Positions 39,361 through 49,197 of a stretch of DNA of 64,000 nucleotides are shown here, piece after piece; the first letter of the stretch is position 1, and every line of letters begins with the position of its first letter. The notes beneath the pieces are model-generated. The model searched no databases, had not been told where the DNA came from, and worked only from the letters and a program-made list of their open reading frames with translations. The translations under genes and the position numbers were made by a program. Source of the DNA: Nitrospinales bacterium (GTDB lineage Bacteria > Nitrospinota > Nitrospinia > Nitrospinales > VA-1); NCBI GenBank assembly GCA_965223795.1, contig CBDCXL010000002.1, positions 2,560,001 to 2,624,000 on the forward strand, written 5' to 3'.

Positions 39361-40050
39361 ATGAGAGAAAAACCCTTGAGCGAAGACAGAGAAACGGTTG
39401 AGATCAGGGTCTCCGGCAAACCGGTGCAAGCCAGGGCCGGGGAGACGATCGTCCACGCCCTGTGGGCGGCGGGCCTGGCGGAGGCGGTGAAGACCGGCTG
39501 CGTCGGCGGGGTCTGCGGCGCCTGCACGGTCACGGTGCGCTTTGCCGACGGGCGGCCCGGCGGGACGGATCTCGCCTGCCTGCGGCCGGTGGAAGCGGGG
39601 ATGGAGGTGTTTCCCTGTCCTGTGGAACCGGCGGCCGCGCGCGAGCCGGACCCGGCTACGGCAAATCTGGCGGCGGCGTTTCCGACGCTCAACCGCTGCA
39701 CCAAATGCGGAAGCTGCACCACGGCCTGCCCCATGTCCATCCCGGTGATGGATTCGGTGCTGCGCATGCAGGAGGGCCAGTTCGAAGCGGTCAGCGAGGA
39801 TTTCACCGCCTGCATCCATTGCGGGCTGTGCCGGTTCGTCTGTGAGGACAAGGTGCTGCCGCACACGATGGGCATGTGGGTGCGGCGCTCGCTGGGGCAA
39901 AACCGGCAAGCGGCGGCTTCGTCATCGGCAGATTCCGCCGGTGCGGAGGATGCGGCCGAGCGGGAATGGGAGTTCCTGTTGAGCGGCGATCCTAAGGAGC
40001 GGCTTGCGCGGGCGAAGCATTTCCGCGCGCACGGCTCTGTGGAGGCATGA
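39361..40050 (+). CDS. Fe-S subunit (2Fe-2S plus two 4Fe-4S) of a fumarate reductase/succinate dehydrogenase-like enzyme
   Basis: GCVGGVCGAC...LAC, CTKCGSCTTAC, CIHCGLCRFVC. Confidence 0.85.
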   Translation: MREKPLSEDRETVEIRVSGKPVQARAGETIVHALWAAGLAEAVKTGCVGGVCGACTVTVRFADGRPGGTDLACLRPVEAGMEVFPCPVEPAAAREPDPATANLAAAFPTLNRCTKCGSCTTACPMSIPVMDSVLRMQEGQFEAVSEDFTACIHCGLCRFVCEDKVLPHTMGMWVRRSLGQNRQAAASSSADSAGAEDAAEREWEFLLSGDPKERLARAKHFRAHGSVEA

Positions 40051-41717
40051 TGGACTGGGCGCAGGAATCGTTAAAAAAACTGGCTGCCAGCCGCGAACGC
40101 AGGCTGACGCAAACCCTGCCGCTGCCGGATGAGGCGGAACAGGAAGCGCTGCTCAAAGGCTATCATCCCGACTATCTCGGCAAGGAGCGGACGGTGGCGG
40201 TCGGGCCGAACGCCGGGTCGCAGAAATTTCCACCCGAGCTTGCGGCGCTGCTGGAGGCGGACAGTCCCTTGCCAAACGATTTCTCTCCCAGCGTGGATCT
40301 GGAAACCGATGTACTGATCCTGGGCGGCGGCGGCGCCGGGGTGTCGGCGGCGCTGGCGCTGAGCGGTTCCGGTCTGGATGTGACGCTGGCGACCAAGCTG
40401 CGTCTGGGGGACAGCAACACGGTCATGGCCGAAGGCGGCATTCAGGCGTCCGTGGGGCCTGAGGATTCGCCGCGCCGCCATTTCGCCGATTCCTATGTCG
40501 GCGGCCACGGCAACAACGACCCGGAACTGCTGCGCATCCTCTGCGAAAGCGCGTCCGGCAGCATCGACTGGCTGGGTTCGCTGGGTTGCCTGTTCGACCG
40601 CAACGCAGACGGCACCTACCGCCTGCGCGCGGGCGGCGGCACTTCGGTGCCGCGCGTGCTGGCCTGCCGCGATTACACCGGGCTTGAGATCATGCGGGTG
40701 CTGAAAGACGCGGTGCTCAGCACGGAAACGAATTTTCTGGAGGAACACGCCGCCGTCGAGCTGACCGACGACGGCAACGGCGCGGTGACCGGGGCGGTGC
40801 TGTGGAACCGCGCGGCGGGAACGCTCATCACGGTTTCGGCGCGGGCGGTGATGCTCGCCACGGGAGGCAGCGGCCAGCTCAGGCTGCAGGGATTTCCCAC
40901 CAGCAACCATCTGGGCGCGACCGGCGACGGGCTGATCCTCGCCTACCGCCAGGGCTGCGCCCTGCTGCACACGGACAGCTTTCAGTATCATCCCTCGGGC
41001 GCGGCGTACCCGGAAGCGCTGGCCGGGCAGCTGGTGACCGAAGCGATCCGCTCCGCCGGGGCGCAGGTGGTCAACGCCGAAGGCGAGGCGTTCATCGACG
41101 CACTGGTCTACCGCGATGTGCTGGCGGCGGCCACGCTCCGTGAAGTGGCCGAAGGCCGCGGCGTGCAAACCCCGGCGGGCCGCAAGGGCGTCTGGCTGGA
41201 CACGCCGCTGATCGATCTCAAAAAAGGCGAGGGGACGCTCAAAAAACAGTTTCCCGGAATCCGGCACCGGTTCGAACGCTACGACATCGATCCGTCGCGC
41301 CAGCCGGTGCTCGTGCACCCGACCCTGCATTATCAGAACGGCGGCGTCCGCACCGACGCGGACGGGCGCACGCAGGCCAAAGGACTGTGGGCGGCGGGGG
41401 AGGTGACCGGCGGGCTGCACGGCACCAACCGGCTGATGGGCAACTCGCTGCTCGACATCACCGTGTTTGGCCGCCGGGCCGCGCGGTCGGTGATGGATTC
41501 TTTGCCGCAGCGGGGTTCCGTGACGCTCTCGGCGCTTCAGCGTTTCCGCAGGGAACGCGCGGGCATGGCCGCGCCTCCCGCAGACACCGCGCCGCAGTTT
41601 TTTCCCACCGTTTCGGGGATGACGTTCACCCTCGCGGCGGCGCCGGAATCGTCCGCGCCGGATGAGAAGGCCGAGTCCGCGCCTTCTTTCGAGCCGCCCG
41701 ATCCATTTGCGCGTTGA
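40047..41717 (+). CDS. FrdA/SdhA-family flavoprotein (soluble type)
   Basis: GGGGAG, LATGG, QYHPSG, TEAIR, RDV, LHYQNGG, HGTNRLMGNSL. Confidence 0.88.
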   Translation: MMDWAQESLKKLAASRERRLTQTLPLPDEAEQEALLKGYHPDYLGKERTVAVGPNAGSQKFPPELAALLEADSPLPNDFSPSVDLETDVLILGGGGAGVSAALALSGSGLDVTLATKLRLGDSNTVMAEGGIQASVGPEDSPRRHFADSYVGGHGNNDPELLRILCESASGSIDWLGSLGCLFDRNADGTYRLRAGGGTSVPRVLACRDYTGLEIMRVLKDAVLSTETNFLEEHAAVELTDDGNGAVTGAVLWNRAAGTLITVSARAVMLATGGSGQLRLQGFPTSNHLGATGDGLILAYRQGCALLHTDSFQYHPSGAAYPEALAGQLVTEAIRSAGAQVVNAEGEAFIDALVYRDVLAAATLREVAEGRGVQTPAGRKGVWLDTPLIDLKKGEGTLKKQFPGIRHRFERYDIDPSRQPVLVHPTLHYQNGGVRTDADGRTQAKGLWAAGEVTGGLHGTNRLMGNSLLDITVFGRRAARSVMDSLPQRGSVTLSALQRFRRERAGMAAPPADTAPQFFPTVSGMTFTLAAAPESSAPDEKAESAPSFEPPDPFAR

Positions 41718-41738
41718 TCTTGATCAGGCAAAGTAATA

Positions 41739-41958
41739 GACAGGATGAACAGGATAAAAAGCGGGATAAACGAAAAAAGATTATCTCGCGCAAAGACGCA
41801 AAGGCGCAAAGAAATACAAGAACAAGGGACAGGATAACAGGACAAAAAAACTGGGATAGATTGGGAGAAAAGCGAAAAACGGTTTCAACCGCAAAGACGC
41901 AGTGAGCGCAAAGCCCCCCTCACCTCAATCCTCTCCCCCCAGAGTGGGGAGAGGAGGG
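41739..41958 (+). repeat. Composite repeat cluster in order A-B-A-B-C
   Basis: GACAGGATGAACAGGATAAAAAGCGGGATAAA (41739), TCTCGCGCAAAGACGCAAAGGCGCAAAG (41784), GACAGGATAACAGGAC (41828), AACCGCAAAGACGCAG (41887), CCCCCCTCACC...GGGGAGAGG (41914). Confidence 0.87.
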
Positions 41959-42141
41959 AAAACGAAAAGGATCGAAGTATAAGGAGAGAGTGAAAAAATT
42001 GGAGACGCGGAGAGCGCAAAGAAAAGCAAAACACGAAGATTCAAGATTCAGGCTGGAAGTGAAATAAAGAAACGTTAAAAAAAATACAACCCGCAAGTGC
42101 AATCAACGCCGTACTTCGCTCATTATTAATTTAAACAGTTC

Positions 42142-42714
42142 ATGATTCAGGAAATTCTCGCGGTCTATGGTGTGAAAATCGCGGCCGGGCTGACGGTGCT
42201 GATCGCGCTGGTGGTGCTTTTGTTCCGCCAGGGCCGCGAGCTTCCCCAGGGCCCGGCTACGGTGACGGAAAAAATCGCCCGGCTGGGGGACGAATATGTG
42301 GTGCTCAACGATGTGGTGCTGCCGGGAAAACGCGGCGTGAACCGCATCGATCACGTCGTGGTCTCGCCGTTCGGCGTGTTCGTCATCACGGTGCGCCGTC
42401 AGACCGGCAAGGTGCGGGGCAAAGAAGGGGACAGCGAGTGGATGGTGCAGTCCGGCCGATCGAAAGACACCATTTACAATCCGCTTTGGGACAACCGCAA
42501 GCAGGTCAATGCGCTGGAAGAGACGGTCGGCCGCTATCCGTTTGTGCCGATAGTGGTGTTCACCCAGGCGAGGCTCAAAGGCGGGTTTCCCGAAAACGTG
42601 GTGCCGTTGTCCCGGCTGCCGGGCTTCATCCACAAACACAAAAACCGGGTCCTGTTTTCGGACAGGCAGGAAGACCTGCTGAACAAGCTCCGGGCCCTGA
42701 AACAGAATGTCTGA
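42142..42714 (+). CDS. Membrane-anchored NERD-domain protein
   Basis: N-terminal TM, VLNDV, IDHVVVSPFGVFVI, YNPLWDN. Confidence 0.82.
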   Translation: MIQEILAVYGVKIAAGLTVLIALVVLLFRQGRELPQGPATVTEKIARLGDEYVVLNDVVLPGKRGVNRIDHVVVSPFGVFVITVRRQTGKVRGKEGDSEWMVQSGRSKDTIYNPLWDNRKQVNALEETVGRYPFVPIVVFTQARLKGGFPENVVPLSRLPGFIHKHKNRVLFSDRQEDLLNKLRALKQNV

Positions 42715-42811
42715 TCTGGACGCAAACGGATTTCCCTCCTGTTCTTCGCTGCCGTGAATTGATACCATCTAAGGATTCCACACCATTCACAGATCCCACA
42801 AGGAGGCTGTC

Positions 42812-43279
42812 ATGGGTAAACCGGACAAAGACGGAAACAGGCAGACCGTCACGCCGCATCTTGTCGTGAAAGGCGCCGCAGACGCCATCGAGTTTTACAA
42901 AAAAGCCTTCGCCGCCGAGGAAACCATGCGGTTTCCCTCTCCCGACGGCAAGATGGTCATGCACGCGGAAATCAAAATCGGCGGCTCCATCCTCATGCTG
43001 GCCGATGAGATGCCGCAGATGGAATACTGGGTTTCGCCGGTGTCGATCAAGGGCACGACGGTGGGGATCGCTCTCGATGTGGACGATGCCGACGCCTGGT
43101 TCGACCGCGCCGTGAAGGCCGGGGCCAGGGTTTCGATGCCGATGATGGATGCGTTCTGGGGAGCGCGCTACGGCAAGGTGACCGATCCGTTCGGCCACGA
43201 ATGGGAACTCTCCACGCACAAAGAGGATCTGAGCCCGGAAGAGGTCATGCAGCGGGCGAAGGAGTGCTTTTCATCCTGA
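42812..43279 (+). CDS. VOC/glyoxalase (PhnB-like) protein
   Basis: TPHLVV, AIEFYKKAF, FWGARYG, DPFGHEW. Confidence 0.9.
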   Translation: MGKPDKDGNRQTVTPHLVVKGAADAIEFYKKAFAAEETMRFPSPDGKMVMHAEIKIGGSILMLADEMPQMEYWVSPVSIKGTTVGIALDVDDADAWFDRAVKAGARVSMPMMDAFWGARYGKVTDPFGHEWELSTHKEDLSPEEVMQRAKECFSS

Positions 43280-43318
43280 GGCGCGGCGAACCGCCGCGGG
43301 CTGAGGCGGCAGGCGGGG

Positions 43319-44233
43319 TCACTGCTTGACCAGCTCCACCCTGCGGTTCAGGCTGCGGCCTTCCTCGGTGGAATTGGACGCGGCGGGAGCGAGCGGACCG
43401 ACGCCGTACGGAGTGAGACGGTTTCCCGCCACTTCGTATTTGTCGATCAGGTTCTGCACCACGGCCTGGGCCCGTTCGTTGGACAGGCTCATGTTCACTT
43501 CCAGGGGGCCGACCGAGTCGGTGTGTCCCACGACGAACAGTTTGAGCGATTTTCTGAGCTGCAGCAGGGTGGCGATTTCCTTGAGAGCGGGTTTGGATTC
43601 GGGCCGGATGGTGGATTTTCCCGTGTCGAAATAGATTCCGTAAATCCGCACATGGCCGCGCTGGTCGATGTCTTTGCTCAGGGTCTCGGCGTTGACGGAA
43701 ACCAGCCCCGTTTCCATGGATTTGATCTCGATGACATCCACCTGGGTGCGGTTGCGCCCCACCATCAGCGAAACGTAGGCCTGCTGGCCGTTCGATTCGA
43801 TGCGGCCGGCCAGATAGCGGCTTTTGTCGCCGGTGTAAGCCGAGATGCCGTTGAAGCGGCTCCAGCTGTTTACGGACAGGTCGGCGCCGCATTCCTTTCC
43901 GGTGCACTGGAACAGGGTTTTCATCCCGCCTTTGTTGAGGGCCATCTCGAAATTTTTGTAAATCTCGAGAACGGAACGTTCCTTCGGATTGGAATAAACG
44001 ATCCTCGTCACCCTTCCCGCCAGTTTTTTGCCGATGAATTCCTTCTTTTTATGATCGATGCCTTCGATGAAATTGTATTCGTCGAATTCCTTCACGCTGA
44101 ATTTTTGAATTTCAGAACCGGGGAACCGGGAAACCAGCGGGTGGTCCTCCTGTTCCGCCTGGCTCGTACCGGGTGCGACGATCAAAGGAACCGTGAACAG
44201 GGTGTACAGAAACAAAAGCCAAGTGCTGCGCAT
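43319..44233 (-). CDS. OmpA-family protein with DUF4892-like N-terminus
   Basis: DHPLVSRFPGS, IYFDTGK, VGHTD, LSNERA, NRRVEL. Confidence 0.88.
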   Translation of the reverse strand: MRSTWLLFLYTLFTVPLIVAPGTSQAEQEDHPLVSRFPGSEIQKFSVKEFDEYNFIEGIDHKKKEFIGKKLAGRVTRIVYSNPKERSVLEIYKNFEMALNKGGMKTLFQCTGKECGADLSVNSWSRFNGISAYTGDKSRYLAGRIESNGQQAYVSLMVGRNRTQVDVIEIKSMETGLVSVNAETLSKDIDQRGHVRIYGIYFDTGKSTIRPESKPALKEIATLLQLRKSLKLFVVGHTDSVGPLEVNMSLSNERAQAVVQNLIDKYEVAGNRLTPYGVGPLAPAASNSTEEGRSLNRRVELVKQ

Positions 44234-44386
44234 GAATCGACTCCAGGAGCTGACGATGAACGGGGAGTTTTGTTTCGCCCGCCCGGTGTTGAACATTTCG
44301 ACTGTACCGCGATGAAGCATCAATTATATCTTTGCATTTTTCCGATGAAAAGAAGGAACCTTGAATCTTTGGAGCTTAGCATAAAA

Positions 44387-47017
44387 TCAGGGCGGTCCGG
44401 CAGCGGCTTTGCGATGCCCGGAAAGCTGCCATCGGGCCCCGTCCAAGCGCACCGGATCGTCTTCAGTCTGTTGAAAATGGATATCCAGGGCTTCAAGCCC
44501 CGCATGGTGCCGGCCCGCGGCGAAGGCCGCGTGTCCCGGTCCCTGGTAGCGCCGGGAGAACACGGAAAAGCGCTGGGCCGTGCGGATGACAAAATTTCGC
44601 TTGAGCGATGCCATCTCGCCGGAAGTTGCGCCGCGGATTGCGGGGAAATGGTTCAGCCGGCTGCGCAGCAGATTCAGGAAACTCTGGTCGGTCTGCCATT
44701 TCAAGGGAGGCAGCAGGGTCACGGAGGAAAATTCCAGAATCGGCCGGTCGTCGGTGATGATGGGGGCGTCCTTGAGGTACGCGTCGAGGCGGCTGCCGTC
44801 GGTCAGGTAAAAATCCAGGAAGTCGAGGAACGAGCGGACTCCCATTTCGGTGGCCTGCTGCCTGAGTTCGGGAACCTGCATCAGCGTTTCGAACCGCTGC
44901 CGGTCCAGCGGCAGCGGCTCTTCGGAGCCCACCAGCAGGACGATGCGGGTGAGAAAGCTGTTCCACACCGTCACCTGTGGGAACACGTCGCGGAACGTCT
45001 GGACGATGGCGCGCGCGTCGTCCTCGCTCACCAGGTGCAGCGGCAGCCACTGCATGAGCAGGCCGCCGGGGTTCAGCCGCTGTAGTGCCTGGCGGTAAAA
45101 ATCCCGGCTGTAGAGATGAACGACTCCGGCCTGCACCGGCGACATCGGCTCCAGCGTGATCACGTCGTAGCGGTTCTGCGTCCAGCGCGTGTAGGTCCTG
45201 CCGTCCTGGATCACCGTCCGCACGTTGTCGCGGTCCAGCACGTTGTGGTTCCAGCGGGAAAACCAGGGCGCCAGCGTCAGCACGTTGGGATCGATCTCGA
45301 CGCCGTCCACCTGGACGCCCGGAAAGCGGGCGACGGACCCGAGCGTGTTGCCGGTGCCGAAACCGATGACCAGCGCGCGCCGGGGGTCGGGGTGCAGCGC
45401 CATCGGGACGAATCCCATCGCCTGCATGTAGGCGCTGCCTCCCAGGGACGCGGAAACGGTGGCGGTGCTGAAGCCGTTCACATACAGGGTGCGGGCCAGG
45501 GTTTCCTTGTCCTCGACCACGGCGAGGGTGGCGAAGCTGCCTTCCTTATAGGCGAGGGTGCGCATGCGTTCCTCATGAACGTTGATCTCCATGCGGCCGA
45601 GCTTTGTGCCGGTACCGGGGTCGACCATCTGCGCTGCTCCGTAGATCACCGCGAGCCCGCACGCCAGGGCGGCGGCGAACCGGGAAGGAGTGTTTTTCAG
45701 ATGCCAGATCAGGCCGATGCCCGCCAGCACGATGAGCCCGAGCGCCAGGACCACCAGCGAGGCGTGGATGCCGAACGCCGGGATGAGCACGAACGGCGCG
45801 AGCACCGTCCCGGCGACGGCGCCCAGGGTGTTGAAGGCGTAGGTGTTTCCCAGGGTGCCGCTGATCGACCCGAACCGGGACAGGTGGACGCGGTTGGCGA
45901 GCGGAAACAGCAGCCCGAAGCCCAAAGACGGCACGAACATGAGGCCGAACGCGAACAGCGAGCGCACCGCCAGTGTCCGCGCCGGGGTGTTTTCCAGATC
46001 GTAGAACAGCCGGTCGGCCTGCGCGGTCCATTCGGGCAGGTAGGCGAACAATGGCAGGATGGCGAGGCAGGCGATGCCGATCATAAGCTCCAGCAGGAGA
46101 AACGCGCGCACCCGGTTGAAGTTGCCAAACACTTTCCCGGATATCAGGCTGCCGAGAGCGATGCAGAACAGGAACGTGCCCAGGATGAGGGCGAACGAAT
46201 ACAGCGTGGTGCCCAGCGGAAACACCAGGATGCGGGTCCAGAGGATTTCGTTTGCCAGGGCGGCCAGTCCGGAAAACACGAACAGGATGAGCAGCAACTG
46301 GCTGAGCCCGCGTCCGGGCGCGGCTTCGTCCACAGGTTCGGGCTCGCTGTCTGTCAGAACGGTTTCGGTTTGCGCGGGCTGCCCGCGGTAAGACAGGCAG
46401 ATGAGAAAGATCGCAAAGTTCAGCGCCACGGCGATTAAGAGCGTGGCGCGGGTGCCGAAGGCTTCGATGGCGAACCACTGGGTGAACAGGCAGCCGGACA
46501 CGGCGCCGAAGGTGTTGATGCTGTACAGCACCGCGACGCTGGAAACGATCTTCGAGGCGCGGCCGCCGATCGCCCAGCTTGCGAACACCGGCAGCGTCGC
46601 GCCCATGAGCAGCGTCGGCGGCAGCATGAGCAGGGTGGCGAGGCCGAATTCCACAAGGTGCAGCCCGATGCCGGAATTGCTTTCGATGACGGCCGGGTAA
46701 ATCGATTCCAGCAGATCGAGCCCCCAGGGGAAGGCCAGGCCGTACAGGCCGATGCCCGCTTCCATCACGCCGTAAAGAAAGAGCAGGTTGGGGGTGTTGC
46801 CGGTGCGCGCCCCCCACTTGAGATAGCGGGCGCAGCCCGCGGCACCCAGCGCGAGGCCGGCCATGAAGGCGCACAGCACGGCGCTGATGGCGTACAGCGT
46901 GGCGCCGAACACGAGGCTCAACTGGCGGATCCAGACCAGCTCGTAGATCAGGCTTGCGGAGCCCGAGAGAAACAGGCAGCCGTAGGGCAGGGCCCGGATG
47001 CAAAAAGCCCGGTTCAT
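44387..47017 (-). CDS. Fused MFS-like membrane domain / spermidine-synthase-like protein
   Basis: SGSASLIYELVW, many TMs, VIGFGTG, VEID, DGR, YDVI. Confidence 0.88.
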   Translation of the reverse strand: MNRAFCIRALPYGCLFLSGSASLIYELVWIRQLSLVFGATLYAISAVLCAFMAGLALGAAGCARYLKWGARTGNTPNLLFLYGVMEAGIGLYGLAFPWGLDLLESIYPAVIESNSGIGLHLVEFGLATLLMLPPTLLMGATLPVFASWAIGGRASKIVSSVAVLYSINTFGAVSGCLFTQWFAIEAFGTRATLLIAVALNFAIFLICLSYRGQPAQTETVLTDSEPEPVDEAAPGRGLSQLLLILFVFSGLAALANEILWTRILVFPLGTTLYSFALILGTFLFCIALGSLISGKVFGNFNRVRAFLLLELMIGIACLAILPLFAYLPEWTAQADRLFYDLENTPARTLAVRSLFAFGLMFVPSLGFGLLFPLANRVHLSRFGSISGTLGNTYAFNTLGAVAGTVLAPFVLIPAFGIHASLVVLALGLIVLAGIGLIWHLKNTPSRFAAALACGLAVIYGAAQMVDPGTGTKLGRMEINVHEERMRTLAYKEGSFATLAVVEDKETLARTLYVNGFSTATVSASLGGSAYMQAMGFVPMALHPDPRRALVIGFGTGNTLGSVARFPGVQVDGVEIDPNVLTLAPWFSRWNHNVLDRDNVRTVIQDGRTYTRWTQNRYDVITLEPMSPVQAGVVHLYSRDFYRQALQRLNPGGLLMQWLPLHLVSEDDARAIVQTFRDVFPQVTVWNSFLTRIVLLVGSEEPLPLDRQRFETLMQVPELRQQATEMGVRSFLDFLDFYLTDGSRLDAYLKDAPIITDDRPILEFSSVTLLPPLKWQTDQSFLNLLRSRLNHFPAIRGATSGEMASLKRNFVIRTAQRFSVFSRRYQGPGHAAFAAGRHHAGLEALDIHFQQTEDDPVRLDGARWQLSGHRKAAAGPP

Positions 47018-47280
47018 GCGGCTTGCGATCGGGGGCCGGGGACGCGCCGGAGCGCGGTTAAGGAAGACCGAAACCGGTCCGCTGCACAAAAACGGGGCCC
47101 GCAGGGCGGCGGGCAGCTCTGAAATCCGGGCATTTTCATCATATTTCCCTTATACCCTTTTCGGGCGGGGTTTAAAAGGGCAACGGAGGATTGCAACCAC
47201 CCGGCGCAAATGATACCCTGCCCTTTATTATCAGTCCTGTCCGGTGTTTCTGGACGCCTTTATTTGCTGGGAGTTTGGGT

Positions 47281-48336
47281 ATGCGTTTGGGTTTTCGTTG
47301 GAGTCCTGTATTCGTTTTTTGTCTTTTGCTTGTCACGGTGTTGTTTGCGGGACCGGAAGTCCGGTTTCTGGCGGCGGAGGACAAACCCGCCAAGCCGGCC
47401 GCGAAGGAAGAAAAACTCCCCAATGTGGTGGCGCGCGTCAATGGCGTCGACATCGAGGCCAAGCTGGTTCAGTTTCAGCTCAACCGCCTGATGCGCATGA
47501 CCGGCCGTCCCATCCGCGGACCCCAGAAGCAGCAGGTCATCAAGGACATCATCGACAAGGAAGTGGTGCGGGAGCTGGTTTACCAGGAAGGCAAATCGCA
47601 GAATCTGCTCATCGACGACAGCCAGGTGGACCAGCAACTGGAACTGTTGCGCAAGCCGTACCCCTCGGAAAAGGAATTCGGGCTGGCTCTCGCCGAACGG
47701 GGCATCACGCTCGATGAGCTGAAGCAATCCATCAAGGTCGATCTGGTGGCGAAAAAGCTGCTCGACGACAAGGTGAAAGGTAAAATCCAGATCAGCGATG
47801 CGGATGTGAAGGATTACTACGAGAACAACAAAACCCAGTTTTTCCGTCCGGAGGCGTTCCGCGCCCGGCACATCTTCATTTCCGTGTTTCCTCCCGAGCT
47901 GCTGAAGGAAAAGGAAGTGTTCGAATTGCAGGAGCAGGAAGAAAAACTGCGGGCGGAAGCGGAAAAGAAGGTGAAGGACATCCACAAGCAGCTCAAGGAC
48001 GGCGGCGATTTCGCCGAGCTGGCGAAAAAATATTCGCACGACGCGGCCACCGCGGGCAACGGCGGCGATCTGGATTTCATGTACAAGGGCGTCTTCGATC
48101 CGGCGTTCGACGAGGCGGTCGGCAAGCTCAAACCGGGCGAGATGAGCGATGTCGTCAAAACCGAATTCGGGTACCACATCATCAAGCTGATGGAAACCAA
48201 GCCGGGCGAGCAGGCGCCTTTCTCCGAGATGGAGCCCGCGATCCAGAGGCACCTGTTCATGGAAAAGGCGCAGGGCATCGTGCACGATTATCTCGCCGGG
48301 CTGAAGAAGAAAGCGAACATCGAAATCCTGTTCTGA
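47281..48336 (+). CDS. SurA/PrsA-like parvulin foldase
   Basis: VARVNG, RARHI, FAELAKKYS, KTEFGYHII. Confidence 0.9.
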   Translation: MRLGFRWSPVFVFCLLLVTVLFAGPEVRFLAAEDKPAKPAAKEEKLPNVVARVNGVDIEAKLVQFQLNRLMRMTGRPIRGPQKQQVIKDIIDKEVVRELVYQEGKSQNLLIDDSQVDQQLELLRKPYPSEKEFGLALAERGITLDELKQSIKVDLVAKKLLDDKVKGKIQISDADVKDYYENNKTQFFRPEAFRARHIFISVFPPELLKEKEVFELQEQEEKLRAEAEKKVKDIHKQLKDGGDFAELAKKYSHDAATAGNGGDLDFMYKGVFDPAFDEAVGKLKPGEMSDVVKTEFGYHIIKLMETKPGEQAPFSEMEPAIQRHLFMEKAQGIVHDYLAGLKKKANIEILF

Positions 48337-48450
48337 CCGGGGCCGCCCCGGTTCGTTTCATCTGCGCAACTGTCAGCACGATTGCGGAGTTTCTCCGCAC
48401 TTCATTATTTCTACTTTAACCACGGATTCATTGACTGGAGATTTTTCAAT

Positions 48451-49128
48451 ATGGCGACTTACACGAAAGAGAAGGATGTCGAGACCACGTTGAGCGACGA
48501 CGCCGACGCGCGCGAAGCGCTGCGCGAGGTGTTCGGCAACACGGCCCGCTGGCCGGCGGGTTTCCCGGGGTTCACGGCGGACGTCACGGTGAACATCGAC
48601 GGCAAAAGCGAAACCGGCACGGTCACCGTGAAGAACGCGAAAGACATCGAAACCAGCATCGCGGACGAAGCGGCGAAGGAATTTTTGAACGAGAACCTCG
48701 CTTCCATCGCCATGCACCGCGGGCCGCGGTCGTTTGAGGAATCGGACGGAAAGTACAAACTGGTGTTCGGCGACGAGGGCACGCATCCGCTCGGGCGCAG
48801 CGTCGTCATGGGCGGCGACGGCATGAGTTCGTTCTACCGCATCAAGGGCGGGCGGATTCAGCAGATCAACCGCAAGACGCCTCGCTTTTCCTTTTCCATC
48901 AACATCGAGGAGAGCGTCAAGAACCCGGACGGCAAGTTCCTCACGCACAAGTACACGGTGTACTACTTCAACCCGGAGAACAACTCATTGAAAGACGTGG
49001 AAAGCTACACCGACGATTACGTCCGCGTGGGCGATGCGGATCTGCCGGGCGTGCGCCGCATCATCAACAGCGAGAAAGGAGAAATCTCGGTCAAGAGCAT
49101 GACCTTCTCCAACCACAAGATCCTGTAA
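48451..49128 (+). CDS. DUF3386-like protein
   Basis: GGAG RBS, WPAGFPGFTAD, IAMHR, strong host codon usage. Confidence 0.75.
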   Translation: MATYTKEKDVETTLSDDADAREALREVFGNTARWPAGFPGFTADVTVNIDGKSETGTVTVKNAKDIETSIADEAAKEFLNENLASIAMHRGPRSFEESDGKYKLVFGDEGTHPLGRSVVMGGDGMSSFYRIKGGRIQQINRKTPRFSFSINIEESVKNPDGKFLTHKYTVYYFNPENNSLKDVESYTDDYVRVGDADLPGVRRIINSEKGEISVKSMTFSNHKIL

Positions 49129-49148
49129 TTTTTTTGCTGCGGTTTTTG

Positions 49149-49183
49149 AAAATCCTCCGGCCGGTGGCCGGGGGATTTTTTTT
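49149..49183. terminator. Intrinsic terminator between convergent genes
   Basis: AAAATCCTCCGGCC-ggt-GGCCGGGGGATTTTTTTT. Confidence 0.82.
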
Positions 49184-49197
49184 GCCTTTTATTCCGC

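Noticed and set aside
41739..41958. Possible CRISPR array in the repeat clusters
   Set aside because: The units are heterogeneous, not identical repeats with regular unique spacers, and no cas genes are present.
41714..42102. Short ORFs overlapping repeat clusters (also 54068-54340, 23001-23228, 34623-34865)
   Set aside because: They are translations of the repeat motifs themselves (e.g. FDRLRV, RKDAK, SPLEGEG), not credible genes.
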